This document shows positions 63,759 to 64,000 of a stretch of 64,000 nucleotides of DNA, piece by piece; the first letter of the stretch is position 1; each line of letters starts with the position of its first letter. The DNA comes from a virus, in IMG/VR virus record IMGVR_UViG_3300049783_001607. One strand, 5' to 3'. Under the pieces are notes generated by a model that was not told the DNA's origin, searched no databases, and worked only from the letters and a program-made list of their open reading frames with translations. A program made the position numbers and the translations under genes.

Positions 63759-63766
63759 CAAATGTA
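63759..63766 (-). promoter_or_regulatory. TAnnTTTG promoter box upstream of the tRNA cluster
   Basis: TACATTTG, identical to the box before the tmRNA. Confidence 0.5.
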
Positions 63767-64000
63767 CTACTTTATTTGTAATTATAAAAGAAAAAAATAC
63801 TTTTAATGGTTATTATTGCCTTGGGCTCCCTTAGTGATAGGGATAATTGTCATAAGTATCTTGGAAATACGATTGCCAAATAACCTGTTCTGTAGTAGTA
63901 ATAAGCTTAAATTTTTTCCAGGCCCCTTTGGGAAAAAGCTCTTTTACTGTATTAACTACATCAGCTATATTTGTACTTTCGGTAACTTCGATAGTTTTTT

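Noticed and set aside
883-63834. Plus-strand ORFs in the track other than 50219-50725
   Set aside because: They are short antisense shadows of minus-strand genes or lie in structured non-coding DNA, with F/L/I/S-biased composition and no motifs.
1-64000. Stop-codon reassignment
   Set aside because: Core genes (thyA, ligase, kinase, AAA+) are intact in the standard code, TAA/TAG/TGA all end genes, and no suppressor tRNA is present.

Overview
AT-rich segment of a large lytic bacteriophage, most likely infecting Bacteroidota (Flavobacteriia). Host evidence: TAnnTTTG promoter boxes, A-rich translation starts without Shine-Dalgarno sites, and a tmRNA tag that starts with Gly and ends in ALAA-like residues. 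Almost everything is on the minus strand. Left to right: an rIIA-like GHKL ATPase cut by the window edge; dNMP kinase; a long run of small accessory ORFs; DNA ligase, thymidylate synthase, Prim-Pol, a nucleotidyltransferase, a MoxR-like AAA+/vWA pair and phosphoesterases. At ~31.9-47.4 kb is a striking accessory region. It holds a six-member mosaic paralog family of constant and variable blocks, at least two multicopy families of apparently structured non-coding elements with compensatory base changes, several singleton hairpin elements, and a tandem array of eight ~162-aa C(Y/F)GCAATNTLC paralogs. At 50.15-51.44 kb is a phage tmRNA with an unusually long 41-codon tag, interrupted in its T-loop by a group I intron that carries an antisense HNH-like endonuclease with its own promoter. 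Then come putative early genes with a repeated upstream motif, a probable genome-end or origin region (~57.8-58.4 kb), putative virion-associated genes including a lytic transglycosylase-like protein, and seven tRNAs. All family assignments come from motif recognition by eye; no database search was run.
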